From: the human T2T-CHM13v2.0 reference genome, Homo sapiens
Reading direction: 5' to 3' (one strand)
Length of the DNA stretch: 64,000 nt
Assembly (NCBI RefSeq): GCF_009914755.1
Contig: NC_060929.1
Shown in pieces: positions 15,090 through 28,938 of the stretch. Below the pieces are notes generated by a model that was not told the origin of the DNA, searched no databases, and saw only the letters and a list, made by a program, of their open reading frames with translations. Both the position numbers and the translations under genes were made by a program. Numbering within the stretch: position 1 is the stretch's first letter; every line of letters begins with the position of its first letter.

Positions 15090-15700
15090 TACCTTCACTT
15101 TCTGATGCTTAAAATGTCCCAGTTTTGACCAAAGAGAACTTCTTCCTATGGCTCTTGGTTCTTTTGGAAACAACTCCACTAGTTGTTGATGGCTTCCTTG
15201 TTGCTTTCACACAAACGGTGTTCCAGATTCATCATGTAAATTAATTTCCCCACACTTCGAATCAGGCATTTCCCAAGGATTGTGTTCGTTACACCGGTGG
15301 GGAGTTGGAAGACCACAGCCCTGCGTGCACTATGTCAGCTCCTTGTTACTGGATTGGCCTTGCTTCTAGACCTTTTCCATAGACAGAGCCAGAAGATATA
15401 TGTTTTTTGAAATAGGTGGGATGAAGAACATGAGTTCATAAGAATATTTCCAGTTCAAATTTTACATTACAGGGCTTTTGATATCATACTTCTCTTTTCA
15501 CTAAACATTTTATTTCTATAACATTAACACTATTATTTATCCTACAACACACAGAGTTTCAAGATAAAAACGCTTATATTAAAAATCAGACTACTGAGTG
15601 AAGTCTGTATTTTCTTTGCAGTTTTGTATGTTCTTAGAAAACCTATTAAGTATATATGGTCAAATAAAGTCTCTTGAAAGAAGTTGACTTCTTTGTCACC
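15090..15700 (-). mobile_element. Degenerate L1MC/L1ME 3' region
   Basis: TGTCCCAGTTTTGACC...GCTTCCTTG...GTTCCAGATTCATC...GAATCAGGCATTTCCCAAGGA resembles the antisense L1MC 3' end. Confidence 0.6.
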
Positions 15701-16012
15701 TCTAATGCATCGAGATGATCCTTTCTTCTCTGTGACTATGTAACCAATTGTCTTCCAGTGAGAGTCATTGAGTTTTTTTTGTAACAAATTATAAACTACT
15801 TGGAACATTAATATTTTATAAAATGATCATTGTCTAATTCTTGGTAGGATACATTTGATTTCTTTAATTTAATAATATGCGTTAATGCTTCAAGGTTGTA
15901 AATTCGAAAACTTTGTAAATTTATTTCATTAAACCTTCCATGTTTATTTATTAAAATTTGTTGTTCACAGCGACAACCATTTAAAGGGTTTTCCCAGAAT
16001 ACTTGACTTTAG

Positions 16013-16301
<289 letters not shown>

Positions 16302-16899
16302 TGACTTTAGTATTCTTAATGTAGAAAAATAATGCCGTATAAAACTTACAGTCCCAAGAAAATGCAGTTAAGTCTTACCATTTCACTTTCACTAAGTGAG
16401 TGTTCCTTCCTAGATTTAAGGAAAAAGGCCAAGAGAAAACTGGAATTCCTAACTCAGTGAGGTTCCCATTCTGCATCTTGAGCGTATCCAGTTCTCATTT
16501 TCAGTGCTGTGCATGCGTGTGTGTAAGAGTGTGTTCTGTTCTCTTTCAGTTGACTTTGCCAAATTGTAACTGCCTTCAAACGAGTTGCATCATTGTATAG
16601 AATGCCCAAGTGAAGGCTGCCAGCCCTTTATGAAGTATGAAACCATGCCCTGAGCATCTGGAGATGGTCAGCACTCACACGTGATTATGGAAACTCTTCT
16701 CCTTGAGGGATAAAAGTTTTTGTTCTGATTGTTTTTTGAGTGAATAGCAAATGCCTCTCAAATGTTTGAAGACTGGGGGATCTACGGTCCTGTCTAAATA
16801 ACAAGAAACTGAAATTTGTCTGTTTCTATAGTATACGGTATATGATTCTTGTTTGAGTTTTACCAATATTTTTAATCAGCTTTCTTCCGTGCGGAGACT

Positions 16900-18300
16900 A
16901 TAGCTTTCCACATGTTGCTTTACCATTTCGGGTTTGGTAATCACTTCATATATTTGGCCTGGAGACTCTTAAATTGAAAATAAGGTGCAATGCTTCAATA
17001 TAATGGCCTCCTTCTGATGTGTTTGGCCTGGTGTAAAATTAAGGAGTTACGTTTTCTCCCTTCCTTCCTCATTGCTCCAAACGGTATCAGTTGTTACTGA
17101 GCAGCCGTAACTGTATTTCTAACAAAGATTACACAGATATCTCTGTCCGGCTCCATGTCCTGCAGGGCTGTTCTGTGGTCTTCCGATCAGTAAAAATGTA
17201 ATAACATTTTCACATAGTCAATATTTAATTCTGTAAATGCAACTGGTAGTTGTAATCTAGGTTATTAACCACACAGTGATTTATGATAGAGGGCAGGCAG
17301 TGGCGGAGTAGAGCAGTAGGAAAGTCCTCTGGTGACAATAAAAAGGTTATAAATTTCATAGCTCTGCCTGAGAAATATATTTTATATCCTATATTAAGAA
17401 TAGCTTTTTATACATTTTAATGATCCATGTTATTAATGGGGCTGTCATCATCATCGCCTATATGAGACTACAGTCCTTGTATTTTTTTCTTTTACTTTTC
17501 CATCAGCTGAAGGTCTTGTGAAAAAAAAAAAGAGCTCGTATTAGCTATTTGCCAAAAACATCTTTAAGAGTTATAAGCCTATCATTGTTCCCTTGGACTG
17601 CAAAGCTTGCGAGCAGTAGTTTGCATAAAGTTTTATGACTGAGGCAAAGGTTGGGCTAATTGGATAGAACACAATCGGAGCTCTATCATGTTTACAAAGG
17701 CCAAGTCAATATGCAGAAATAAAACTGGGGCAATATCAAAAGGAGAAATTTATATATGGAAATTGTCCTTCTCTTTGGCTCCCTGTCCCCTTGCTGAGAA
17801 GCCATTTGGTTTCCAGCTCTGCATGTGAGTGCACACACAGACCTGTCCAACTGCAGCTCAACACACTCCCAAGAAAATGCACAATCCACATCAATCCCCT
17901 TTCCAAACCCTCTGCCATAACCCAGGTGAGGGATGAGCTGGCCAAAGGAGCTCCCAGGGCGGCAGGACACATTCGCGTGGGGCGCGGAGCTCACAGCTGG
18001 GCTGGTTTGGGAGAGCTTCCTTTATTCACACACCATTTGTAAAGACAGATGTTTACAAAGCAACCCTTAATGATCAAACCGGTTTTAGAAATTGGTCTTG
18101 CAGTTGGAGAAGAGGCTGCTACCAGGTTTACATTTTCAGTGTCACTTACTTCGAACATTTTCCTCTGAAGATTATGTAGGCAAAAGAGAGAAAGACGGAG
18201 AGAGGCTGATTAAAACAAACACACAAGCCACCACTCTCTTATGTGGAATGGTTTTGTTCGTTATTTCTTACATAGAAAACTAATTTATAGCAATATAACT
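16900..18300. promoter_or_regulatory. Candidate enhancer cluster (FOX, GRHL, homeodomain motifs)
   Basis: Repeat-free; ATGTTTACAAAG at 17688 and 18049, AAACCGGTTT 18076, TTTTATGAC 17631, CTAATTGG 17656. Confidence 0.45.
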
Positions 18301-18696
18301 TTACTCTAGTTAAATTTGCAGGGAGCAAATTTGATTTTTATTTAAAATTTATTTAAAATCAATGATTAATTTTTAAGCCGGTGAGTAGTTTCTTCATATA
18401 CACAACACAGAAACAGTTCATAAAACTTTATTTTATGGTTATTTTAAATTTTGAAATGAAAAATAATGCCTACATGTTTTTAATAAGATGGTAACATATT
18501 CATTACATTAAGAAAGACAGCGTTTTTCCTTTTCCCACAATATCTTAGCCATCTAAAAAAATTATCATATGATAAACCATGAAAGCAGTTTATTAGAGCT
18601 TGAATCATTTTTTAAAGTCAATTTTTTTCTTTTCATGGTGAATGTTGAATTAGAGAGAAAACATGTGAGAATCTGAGCTCGTTAAAAGCACAGGGC

Positions 18697-19040
18697 TTTC
18701 TTTTCTTTTTTCCCCGTTTTCCTTCTCTTTCTTCTCCTCCCTCCCTTTCTCTTCCTCCTCATTCTGCTGCCTCTTCCTCCATTTCTTCTTCCTTTCTCTC
18801 CTTCATCTGTCCTTTCCTCCATCCCCTTTCCTCTCTTCCTCCCTTTTTTTCTCCCCTCATCCTTTCTTCCTCTTCTCCCTACTTTTCTTTCTTTCTTCCT
18901 CTCCTTCTCCCTATTTGTCTCCTTTTCTCCCATTTCCTTTGTCTTTCTCTCCTCTCTCCTTTGTTCCTTCTTTCCTCCCTTCTTTTTCCTTTCCTTCCTT
19001 CCTTCTGTCCCTCCTTCCTTCCACCTCTGCTTTCTTTTTC
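18697..19040. repeat. Polypyrimidine (CT-rich) low-complexity tract
   Basis: About 340 bp almost entirely C/T on the plus strand. Confidence 0.95.
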
Positions 19041-20790
19041 ACCAAGCATATGCAAAACACAGCTGAATGCAGCCTGGGTTCAACAGTACATGAAACTATG
19101 GAAGACACCCAGGGGCAGATTAACACACTGAAGCTCAAATGCTGCTTCCCTCTCTCCCTTTTCTGGCCCACTGCGCTCATGGTCTCATAACTTTTCAACT
19201 TCATGAAGAACAAAGTTCTGTTTGTTCACCAAGTCCTTGCTTAGAGCGACTATACGCAAAGAAACAGATGTGATGACAGCACGATCCTTTCCCTCCGCTA
19301 GGAGACTAGAGAGGCAGGATTACCAGGCAGTGCTTGCAGAACAAGCGGCTGTTCTAACCTGACCTCGTTCTCCTCCTTGGGTTTTCCCAGGAAGCCTCAT
19401 CCCTAAAGCCCTTGATTAGTGATTACCGTTGATTAGTGAAAACCTTTGATTAGTGATTGAGCGTACTGATGACTTCATGAGGACTGAAAGAGGGGCGCAT
19501 CTCATTACATGTCCAGTGCAAAGGGGGATCCACACATGTCTCCCGTCTCCCCAAGCCTTCTCTGCCCTGTCTTCAGTGGGGCCCACTTTGTTTGACTTTT
19601 TTTTCCTTGTAGAATCCAGACACTTATTTATAGTTTTCTACCCACAATTTTTTACTCCCACGTCATGTCAAATTCCCACAGCACCCCTATTTTGCAAAAC
19701 ATCGTTTCCTTTTACTTAAATCTAAATTCCACTGCTAATCAGACGTTGGGTGTTGAATTTTCACCCCAAATCAGCTTTTCAAGACATCTCTGTCTTGGCT
19801 TTTGCATTTTTGGAAAAATTGCAAATCACTGTCCACAAGGCACTTCTATCACATCCTGAAAGTATGGGATGGCCTTGGTGTTGCAGCTTGTAACCTGTAC
19901 GCAGGGCAGGCTTCAGGGCAGCCTTCTGCCCACATGGGCATCAGGCTAATCTCTGTCTCCTTCCTCAGTGCTCCATCCCCTGTTCACGACCAAAAGGAAT
20001 CGCCTATGTAGAGTTGGGTCACATGGAACAGCAGAGATACTGTCGGTGCACTGCTTTATCTCTTCTGCTGAATAAAATACCTGTGGGATTTTGTACAATA
20101 GATATTAACATCAACCTGAAGCCCAAATGTATAAGTAGGTAGAGAGAGAGAGTTGGAAGTAGCTTGTAAGTGTTCATGGCACAGGTCACAGGTGAGTCAG
20201 CAACCAGCAGGTAAGCAGGTTGGCCCAGGTCCATTCATTTTGTTGAGGAGCCAGGAGACATACTTTTCGTTGACTGTCATTAGTAAGGAAACTGCCTAAT
20301 TAGTTATAGGATTTGTGTATCAGCTTCTTCCCCTGTATTTCCCAATAAGCCACAAGCTACAGCCAAGAGCTCAAAAAGCTTCAGATCAGATATTTTTGTC
20401 AGTAACACTTTACCAGCCATGTGCTTCTCATTGCCCCACTTCAGGGGACACAATGCCATGTGGTCACATTTTTAGTGATGCTAATTTTGATTGCTTAGTT
20501 AAAGTCATTACACACCAACCTCTCCATTCTAAATGTATTTCTTTTTTCATCAGCAACCCACAAATAATGATTTCATATCTATTGACAGCCTTTACCTGGC
20601 ACCAATCTCTTTTATGGGATTTACAGAATGGTGGTTTTTTTTACGACTGTCATTAAAATAATTATTAGATAGCATTCTTCTATAAAGAACTTTCTTCCTT
20701 CAATTGCAGATGAGCTACTCTTCCTCTTCCTAAACAAACAAACATGACAAAATAGATGCTTAGTTCTTTTCCTCTACTTGTATAATTTTA

Positions 20791-21093
<303 letters not shown>

Positions 21094-21199
21094 ACAAGAA
21101 CAAACAAAAAAAATTTACAACAAAGTTCTGGTGTAATAATAAACCCCAATGTGGCCAAATGTGTTTCTTTCTCTCTTTCTCAATGTACTATGGTCTCAA

Positions 21200-21900
21200 A
21201 GATTTTTTTTTATAACAACTTGTATTTATTATGTCTTTTGATGCCAAAGTCACTCCAGTTTGACTTGTGCTTCCCCTACCAACCTTGCTCCAGCATCCTT
21301 TTGATATGCTGGTGTTAGCCCTTTGGGTCCAACAACACATCCAGGCTCTTTTTGTATACTGTCTGCTTCAGAACTAGAACCACTATTCTTTCAACAAGAC
21401 TTGGTTCCAGTTAGTAGGGAGAAATATTTATAAAACAACATGTGGGTGAAAGGTATGTTCATTACTACCAGGAGTCATCGCTTCTAGATTTTTCAATGTA
21501 TAGAAATAGTAAAAATACATGAAAAATTATGAACACATATTAATATTTTGAATTATGTTTAAAATGATCATATTTTTGATGCCTATGATTTTATGTTTGT
21601 ATCTCTTTTTCCTTAAACTTGAAGTCATGGCTTCTAGTGTTTGTATATTTGCTTGTTTGTTTCATCCAAAATATATAAAATAGATTAAAAATCATATACC
21701 ACTGTTAATACATTCAATTAAACCAATGAGTAAAGTTAGAATATTTTCGATTTCTTTGTTGTCCTTAGAATAAGTTTCATGGAAGATGAAAGTTAGTGCA
21801 CAGTGTGCCGATGTCATCTGGAGCCCTTCTTTTCTCTGGGTGGTTGTGTTGTCAATCTGACATGTTATTGGAGTTGTATGGTCCAGTTTGTTTTAACTTT
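21200..21900 (-). mobile_element. Degenerate L1MC/L1ME remnant
   Basis: CCAGGCTCTTTTTGTATACT...TTCAACAAGACTTGGTTCC...ATTGCTTCTAG-like antisense L1M motifs. Confidence 0.5.
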
Positions 21901-22189
21901 AGAAATTATTATTGTTTGCTTTGATTTGTTGCATATCCTCTAATTAAATGACAAGCTGTATAAAGAATGATACTAATAAGAACCTCAAGTGTATACTAAT
22001 CCCCCCCAACCTCCACCCACTAGAGAAAATAATTATACTGGCTTTGGCTTGTCATTCCGATGCTTCTTTATGCAAATCTGTGTACACACTCTGCTTTCCT
22101 ATCTTACATAACAGTTAGTGATCTTTCTCCTGTGTTCAGTTCTTGTGTTCTGAAATTTCATTTTGTTGCTGTCAGAGTGGAAACATTAG

Positions 22190-22420
22190 GCACGGACGAA
22201 GAGTGAGGACCCTGGAACTGGACAGCAAGGCTTGAGTATTGCTTTACTGTCTACCAGCTGTGATTCCCAACCTCTCTGTGCCTCCATTTCCTTATCTGTA
22301 AAATGGGAACATAATAATATCTACCTCATGAGATTGTGTTGATTATTAAGTGAGTTGGTTTTTTAAAGTGTTTAGAACTGGCGTATAGTTAATACTCAAT
22401 ATTCTGAGCCGGTATTATTA
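22190..22420 (+). mobile_element. MIR
   Basis: Core AACCTCTCTGTGCCTCCATTTCCTTATCTGTAAAATGGG. Confidence 0.85.
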
Positions 22421-22427
22421 TCCTAAT

Positions 22428-22640
22428 GTAATGGTTCTCAACCAGTGAGAGAGAGACCGGATTTTGACCTCAAGAGGACACTAGGCAACCTCTGCAGACA
22501 TTTCCGACTCTCACCCCTGGAGGGGGAGTGCTGTGGCACTGAATAAATAGAGGTCAGGGCTGCAACTCAACAGCTCACAAAACTCAGGACAGCCACCCCA
22601 CAATCAAGAATTCTCTGGTTCAAAATATCAATAGTGCTCA
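22428..22640 (+). mobile_element. MER20 (hAT-Charlie)
   Basis: TGGTTCTCAACC...GATTTTGAC...CAGGACAGCC...CAAAATATCAATAGTGC. Confidence 0.75.
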
Positions 22641-23117
22641 TATTTGAATAATAACAAACTAAATCATTTTTACAAATTACAAAAGTGAATGAAAAATAAT
22701 AATTCTAATAACTAAATATAGGCTTTTTTCTGCTTTATAAAATTTTAACTCACTGAAATAATTACTCTATAAAAGCATAATCATTCCTTTTCATGACTCA
22801 CATGTTCATCTATATTAAAGAAGATAATGTAACCCCTTTCTATCTGAAAATAGTCACTCATAATACCCTTTGTGTTTCTCAAACTAGACTGACTTGAAAC
22901 TATTCTAAATATTTCCTCTATTAAACATATAATTCATTTAGAAAATATTTCTTCTTAGTAGAAAAGTAATTTTGAAAACAGGCTGGTTGCAAAGAATTCT
23001 CTTCAGTTAAAGAGAAGAGAGGTGGATATAGAATGGAGAACAGGAAAGGGAACTTTGTCATCTGTTCAGAAAGCTACAAGCATATTTTCATGAAACCAAA
23101 TTACTCAGCTAAAAGAC

Positions 23118-23498
23118 TGATATGGTTTGGCTGTGTTCCCACCCAAATCTCACCTCAAATTGTAATCCCTATAATCCTCAGGTGTTGAGGGAGGAACTTG
23201 GTGGGAGGTGATTGGATCATGAGGGCAGTTTCCCCTGTGCTCTTCTTGTCATAGTGGGTGAATTCTCACGAGATCTGATGGTTTTATAAGGCAGTTTTCC
23301 CTACACTTCCTTGCACTTCTCTCTCCTGTTTCCATGTGAAGAAAGATGTGTTTGCTCCCTCTTTACCTTCCATCATGATTGTAAGTTTCCTGAGGCCTCC
23401 TCAGCAATGTTGAACTGTGAATTAATTAATCTTCTTTTCTTAAAAAATTACCCAGTCTTGGGCAGTTCTTTATAGCAGTGTGAAAATGGACTAATGCA
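23118..23498 (+). mobile_element. THE1C/D MaLR solo LTR
   Basis: TGATATGGTTTGGCTGTG...GGACTAATGCA; TSD AAGAC/AAGGC. Confidence 0.92.
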
Positions 23499-24309
23499 AA
23501 GGCCTACAATGAAGAGTGGAGTTATGATTTAATTATACAGAAATAGGCAAGAAGACAATAACTTCTCACACACCACACTTTATTGTTCATTATTTTTAAA
23601 AATTCAATCCAGATTTCTAATGTTTATAATTCTGTTGTTCTGCATGTCCTGAGGATTAGAGAATAATAAAATGCTGATAGATATATAAGAGACCTATTTT
23701 AAAAGCATTTAGGATTAATAAAATGGGTAATGACAATCTAATAGTGTAACAGCACTAGGACTCAAATTTCTAGGTAAATGAAGCTTTTTTGATGACCTCA
23801 TGCCACTATGATACAGTTTTTGCATTCACTGGGAGAGAACCATCCACTTGTTATTGCTATTCATGAAGTTCTACGTTATAGTTAGCAGAGCTACAATTTT
23901 GGAACCAGTCCTGTGTTCAAGAGTGAGGCCTTCTAGACATCAGTGGCACAGCCTTGAACCAGTTATAAAAACAACTTTAAACTCTACTGTCTTCATGTGT
24001 AATATGGAGAAGAGTGTAACTAAATCCTTTACTGCATGATGCAATAACATGAGCAAGACACCTAGCCCTGACAAATGCATGTAATTGGTGTTGAAATTAA
24101 TGCTAGTCTCTTACCTACACCAAAATATTAATATGCTGTGATTGTGGTTTATTGTACATAGACTCAGATACGTTACACCCCGTTTCAGGCATTCCCGGAT
24201 CAACAGAGGGATGACTATGCAGGAATGGGGATATGGCCCAGCTTGTGACCAGAGGGAAAGGCATGCACGGAGTTCCATGAGCATCTCATACTTTACGTAG
24301 CTCATTATA

Positions 24310-24460
24310 AAAGACTACATGCACATGGGATAGAGTGTACACTGCTCGGGTGATGGGTGCACCAAAATCTCGGAAATCACCACTAAGGAACTAATCCACG
24401 TAACCAAACACTGTTGTTTCCTGAAAACCTATTGAAATAAACAGTTTAAAAAAGAATAAA
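24310..24460 (+). mobile_element. L1PB-type 3' end fragment
   Basis: GTACACTGCTCGGGTGATGGGTGCACCAAAATCTCGGAAATCACCACTAA...CCTATTGAAATAAA. Confidence 0.85.
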
Positions 24461-24590
24461 AGATAATACAGGCAAGGTGAAAAAATGCAAAGTAAGTGTT
24501 GGATTGGAGTTTGCCTAACTGGTTAGTATGGGACTAGGTATACTATTTCTTAAATTTCTGTGGTGGTTTTGTGACAACTGAATGGAATGA

Positions 24591-24800
24591 TTTGTTGTTG
24601 TTTTTGTTGTTGTTTTTGAGACTGAGCCTCGTTCTGTCGCCCAGGCTTCAGTGCAGTGCCGCCACCTCAGCTCACTGCAACCTCCACCTCCCGTGTTCAA
24701 GCGATTCTCCTGCCTCAGCCTCCTGAGTAGCTGGGATTACAGGCGCACATCATCATGGCAGGCTAATTTTTGTATTTATAGTAGAGACGGGGTTTCACCC
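24591..24800 (-). mobile_element. 5'-truncated AluS
   Basis: Ends at GGGGTTTCACC; TSD CTGAATGGAATGA at 24578-24590 and 24800-24812. Confidence 0.93.
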
Positions 24801-24844
24801 TGAATGGAATGAACTTATATTTACCTTTAAAAAGTCTCATGCTC

Positions 24845-25165
<321 letters not shown>

Positions 25166-27699
25166 TTAATTAGAGAAGACCTCTTCCATCACTGTTTCCA
25201 TGGTCTGGGATACCTCATGAGGTGTCCCTGGGTTAAGAGTGTCTCATGGACTTGGAAGACATCACAGCAAAGCCACATGGGGAAGACTCCATCTTTACCA
25301 TCAAATGAAGTTACAATGACATTTGAAATGCCCTTCTGTTCTCTAGTGCATGTGTTTTTCAAACCATTCCTGAAGAAGGAACATGGCCCTCTCCCAGAGG
25401 TAGAAAGGTGGTGCTGTGAGCCCATCCTGGAGGCTATCAGTGGTGTCCTCGTACTAGTATTATTTTTCTCCATGACTTTTGTTCAGTGAAGTACTATATG
25501 CTTGCCTATGTTTTCCCTGTCCTGTTTTGTTATGGGGTTCTGGGTTCTTTGTTGGCACTGAAAAGGTCTCAGCTTCCTCTACAACCTTCAGGAGGTGCCT
25601 GGCCAATCGTTTTCAAGACCTATGTGTTTAGTAGAACATTTTGTCTCCCTAATTTAAAAGACATTCTTATTTATGGTAGTTAATTTCACTTCCCAATGAA
25701 GGGAAACATTATTGTTTGAGCCAGGTAAGTAGGTGGGAATTTTACTCAAGGTACATTTCTCTGGGTACCTGCAGAACCTATCCCACAGCCTCCTCCAGGA
25801 CAGCTAGCACACTGTCCTGCGCCTATCAGCTGCTCCATAAATATTTGCTGGTTTAGTTAGACCTCCCAGTAAATATATATTCAAGGCTAGAATAATTTAT
25901 ATGCATTAATATGAACAGAGCCCTTTGCTTGAAAAAATAAATTCAGAGAAAATGAAAATAAACATAAAGGAGACAGATTTTAACCAGAGATTTTAAAGTG
26001 CACAGTAGGTAGTAATCTGTCGTCATCATCATTGCCATGCTATTTCTCTGGAGGTCAAGAGAGGCTTACAAAAACAAATAATATTAGTCTCCCAACCAGT
26101 TCAAAGCTCTGGACGAAATAGTCAAGACCGAGATCTAGGCAGCGTGCCAGTGCTGCTAGGTGAACTTCAACTTTCTTGTAAAAACTGCACACACAGAAAG
26201 GTAGCAAATAACTCAATGCCACTTTTAAATTTTGCACTCAGCAGCTCAATCAAGAGTTTTAATTAATGCCTCCATAATGCTCCCATAGAACAGAGCATCC
26301 ACCTACCGCCTCAGTATTTACTCCACAGTGCTTGGGTGTAGAGAGTGAACTATATGTGTGTTAGTTACTTTAAGCTGCATTATAGGGAAAGCTAGTTCTC
26401 TCATCTTGAATCTACATACAAGGAACCATTTGCTAGTACAGGGTTATAATCTGAAAAACCACACTCCAGAGGGTCCATTGCATGGGAAGATTTCATTTAT
26501 TTCAGTCATCAACACCAGACAGTTTGCTAATTCAGGTGCTAAATCTCAAAATGTTTTCTCCACTTTGGTGAAGTTAGGACCATGTTAATCACCACAATTA
26601 ACGTCAGTAATGAGCTCTCAGTAGAATCGCCTCTATTGAAAAAATCACCCCTAGCCATGTTACACAGTCCTATCACCTCAAAAGCTACTATCACATTTCA
26701 GTTCCTCCTTTTGGAGCCTTCTCAAGAGGTTAACAATGGCTGCATCACTTTCTTTCTGAATCAGGGTCTCCCTCTCTTGGATCATCTTCTATTTCATCTC
26801 TATTCATCTAATATAATGTGGCCTAGTCAATACTCTTGAACACTTCATTGAACTACTTTGCAGAAATATTTTGAGAAGTACACACAATGTCCACACCGTA
26901 TTTAGGAAAATGTAGACGTTATGTTTACATTAATAAAATTAAGAATATTCAAGGCACATGAACTAAAAATATTTTGGAGACATGTTCTGCTCTTGCATAA
27001 GCAGGGAGTGAGAATCCTATGGTTTTCACCTTCAAAGATGGTGTCTGAGTCTTAATCCCTAAAGAGATTTACATTTAGCTATTGGGCCAAAGGAGTTTTG
27101 ATTGCCTGGTGCTAATTCTCAAGGTAACAGAAATTGCTTCCAGGATATAGTGACTTCTACCAGGAGTCAACATTTCATGTAAAATGTGGTTAGAGAACTT
27201 CAAAAAGTAAAGAGCTGGGCTTCATCAAGCCTAGGGGATATACTGTATCAACCATTTTGGGCCTTATTTTCTTCACAATCTCATAGTGAGATTATCTGAG
27301 AGCAGCTAATCTTCACCAAAAGGATAAATTTTGGAGGGTTTCCTAATGAGAAACTAAGAGTTAGCAGAACAAGTTGGTGTAGACAAGTTGTTAGCCTCAC
27401 TGTGAGCTGGCATCAGTAGGAGAGCTTCAAAGAGACAGATCATTTTAGGATAGACCTTAAAGAAAAATTAGGAGACAGCTAATCAGAAATAAATGGTGAA
27501 GACATTCTAGATAGAGGGAAAAGAATCATGATCAGACTGACTTAACAGAGTCAAAGGTGCATATAAGAATCCCCCAGATGATAAGGTTGATAACGTGGGT
27601 TGAGCCCCAGATTGCAGAAAGCCACAAGTGAAGGGATGCATAGTATTATATTTTATATTGCTTGATGTATGCATATCTGTGATAATGTATACACAGTGC

Positions 27700-28480
27700 A
27701 CACATTTTTCTATGGAAGATGGAGCTCCACCGAAGTTGCTTGCAAAGCAGTTCAGGAAAGTGTAATGGAGACACTGATCTAGCTACACTCTGTAGGATGG
27801 GGGGAGTGGAGGAGAAGGTGACAGAGCCAGCAAAATTGCACTGGAAGAAGGAAGTAGTAAGACAATCTGCATGGGAAGTCTACCAGAGGAAGAACAGGAG
27901 TGTGATAAACTTTAGGAGGCAAGACCTTGTCAAACGGTGAATGGTGGTGTTCTTTCTTGACAGTTGTGACCTGAGGAACAGGCAGTTACCCCAGCAGGAA
28001 TAAAAATACCCAACAAATAGAAAAATAAACATCAATTGAAGTGAAAATCAATGGTAACAGATATAATGGATAAGTTTTCGAAATGGGAAAATGGGGCTGT
28101 AGAGGAAAATCTAGTGAGGAAATCCATTTGGTGAGAGAAAACGAGAAGTGAGAATTTAGGGCCAGACTAAACTTAATTGATGATGACTGAAAATATCCAG
28201 CTGGCATTTTCCAACTGCTGAGCTCAACTATGTAATTTATTGGTCAAAATTCAGAGTAGATTTGAGAATCTTTAGTGCGTAGATGGTAGCTTAAGTCTTG
28301 GAAACTTCTGTGGTTTCGAAAGGAGTTAGTATTGTGGACAAAGGGAAATGTGCTCCCATAGACTGAGATCTGGGGCCTGAGGAGTGAAGCAAAGAAGGAG
28401 ATGGTGAGGGGAGAAGGAAGCCAGAAGCAGATGTAGGGGGAGGGTGGAGGCCAGCCCATTCGCTGTGATCAGAGAGATCT
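27700..28480 (-). mobile_element. Degenerate L2 fragments
   Basis: Purine-rich text with L2-like motifs (TTTGAGAATC...AGATGGTAGCTTAAG, GACTGAGATCTGGGG); boundaries approximate. Confidence 0.4.
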
Positions 28481-28642
28481 CGGGGAATGTTACTACCAGT
28501 AAGCTGCGTGTGTGTGCACGTGCTTTAAAATCACCCAGTGATAGCTCACCAACCTAACCTTTACCCCAAGTACCACTCATTAGACATTGATTTCCTTATA
28601 TGCTGCCAAGTTATGCTGTAATCATCTCACCTATGCTTGTGA

Positions 28643-28938
<296 letters not shown>

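Noticed and set aside
18682-19213. Lys/Arg/Glu/Gly-rich ORFs resembling protamine-like or NLS proteins
   Set aside because: Translation of the polypurine strand of the CT-rich tract
19412-19460. Mini CRISPR-like array (identical repeats, differing spacers)
   Set aside because: 11-bp repeats with 6-bp spacers are far too short, and the DNA is eukaryotic
25722-25730. Perfect splice donor CAG|GTAAGT
   Set aside because: Isolated 9-mer with no convincing upstream acceptor or coding frame, so no exon can be supported
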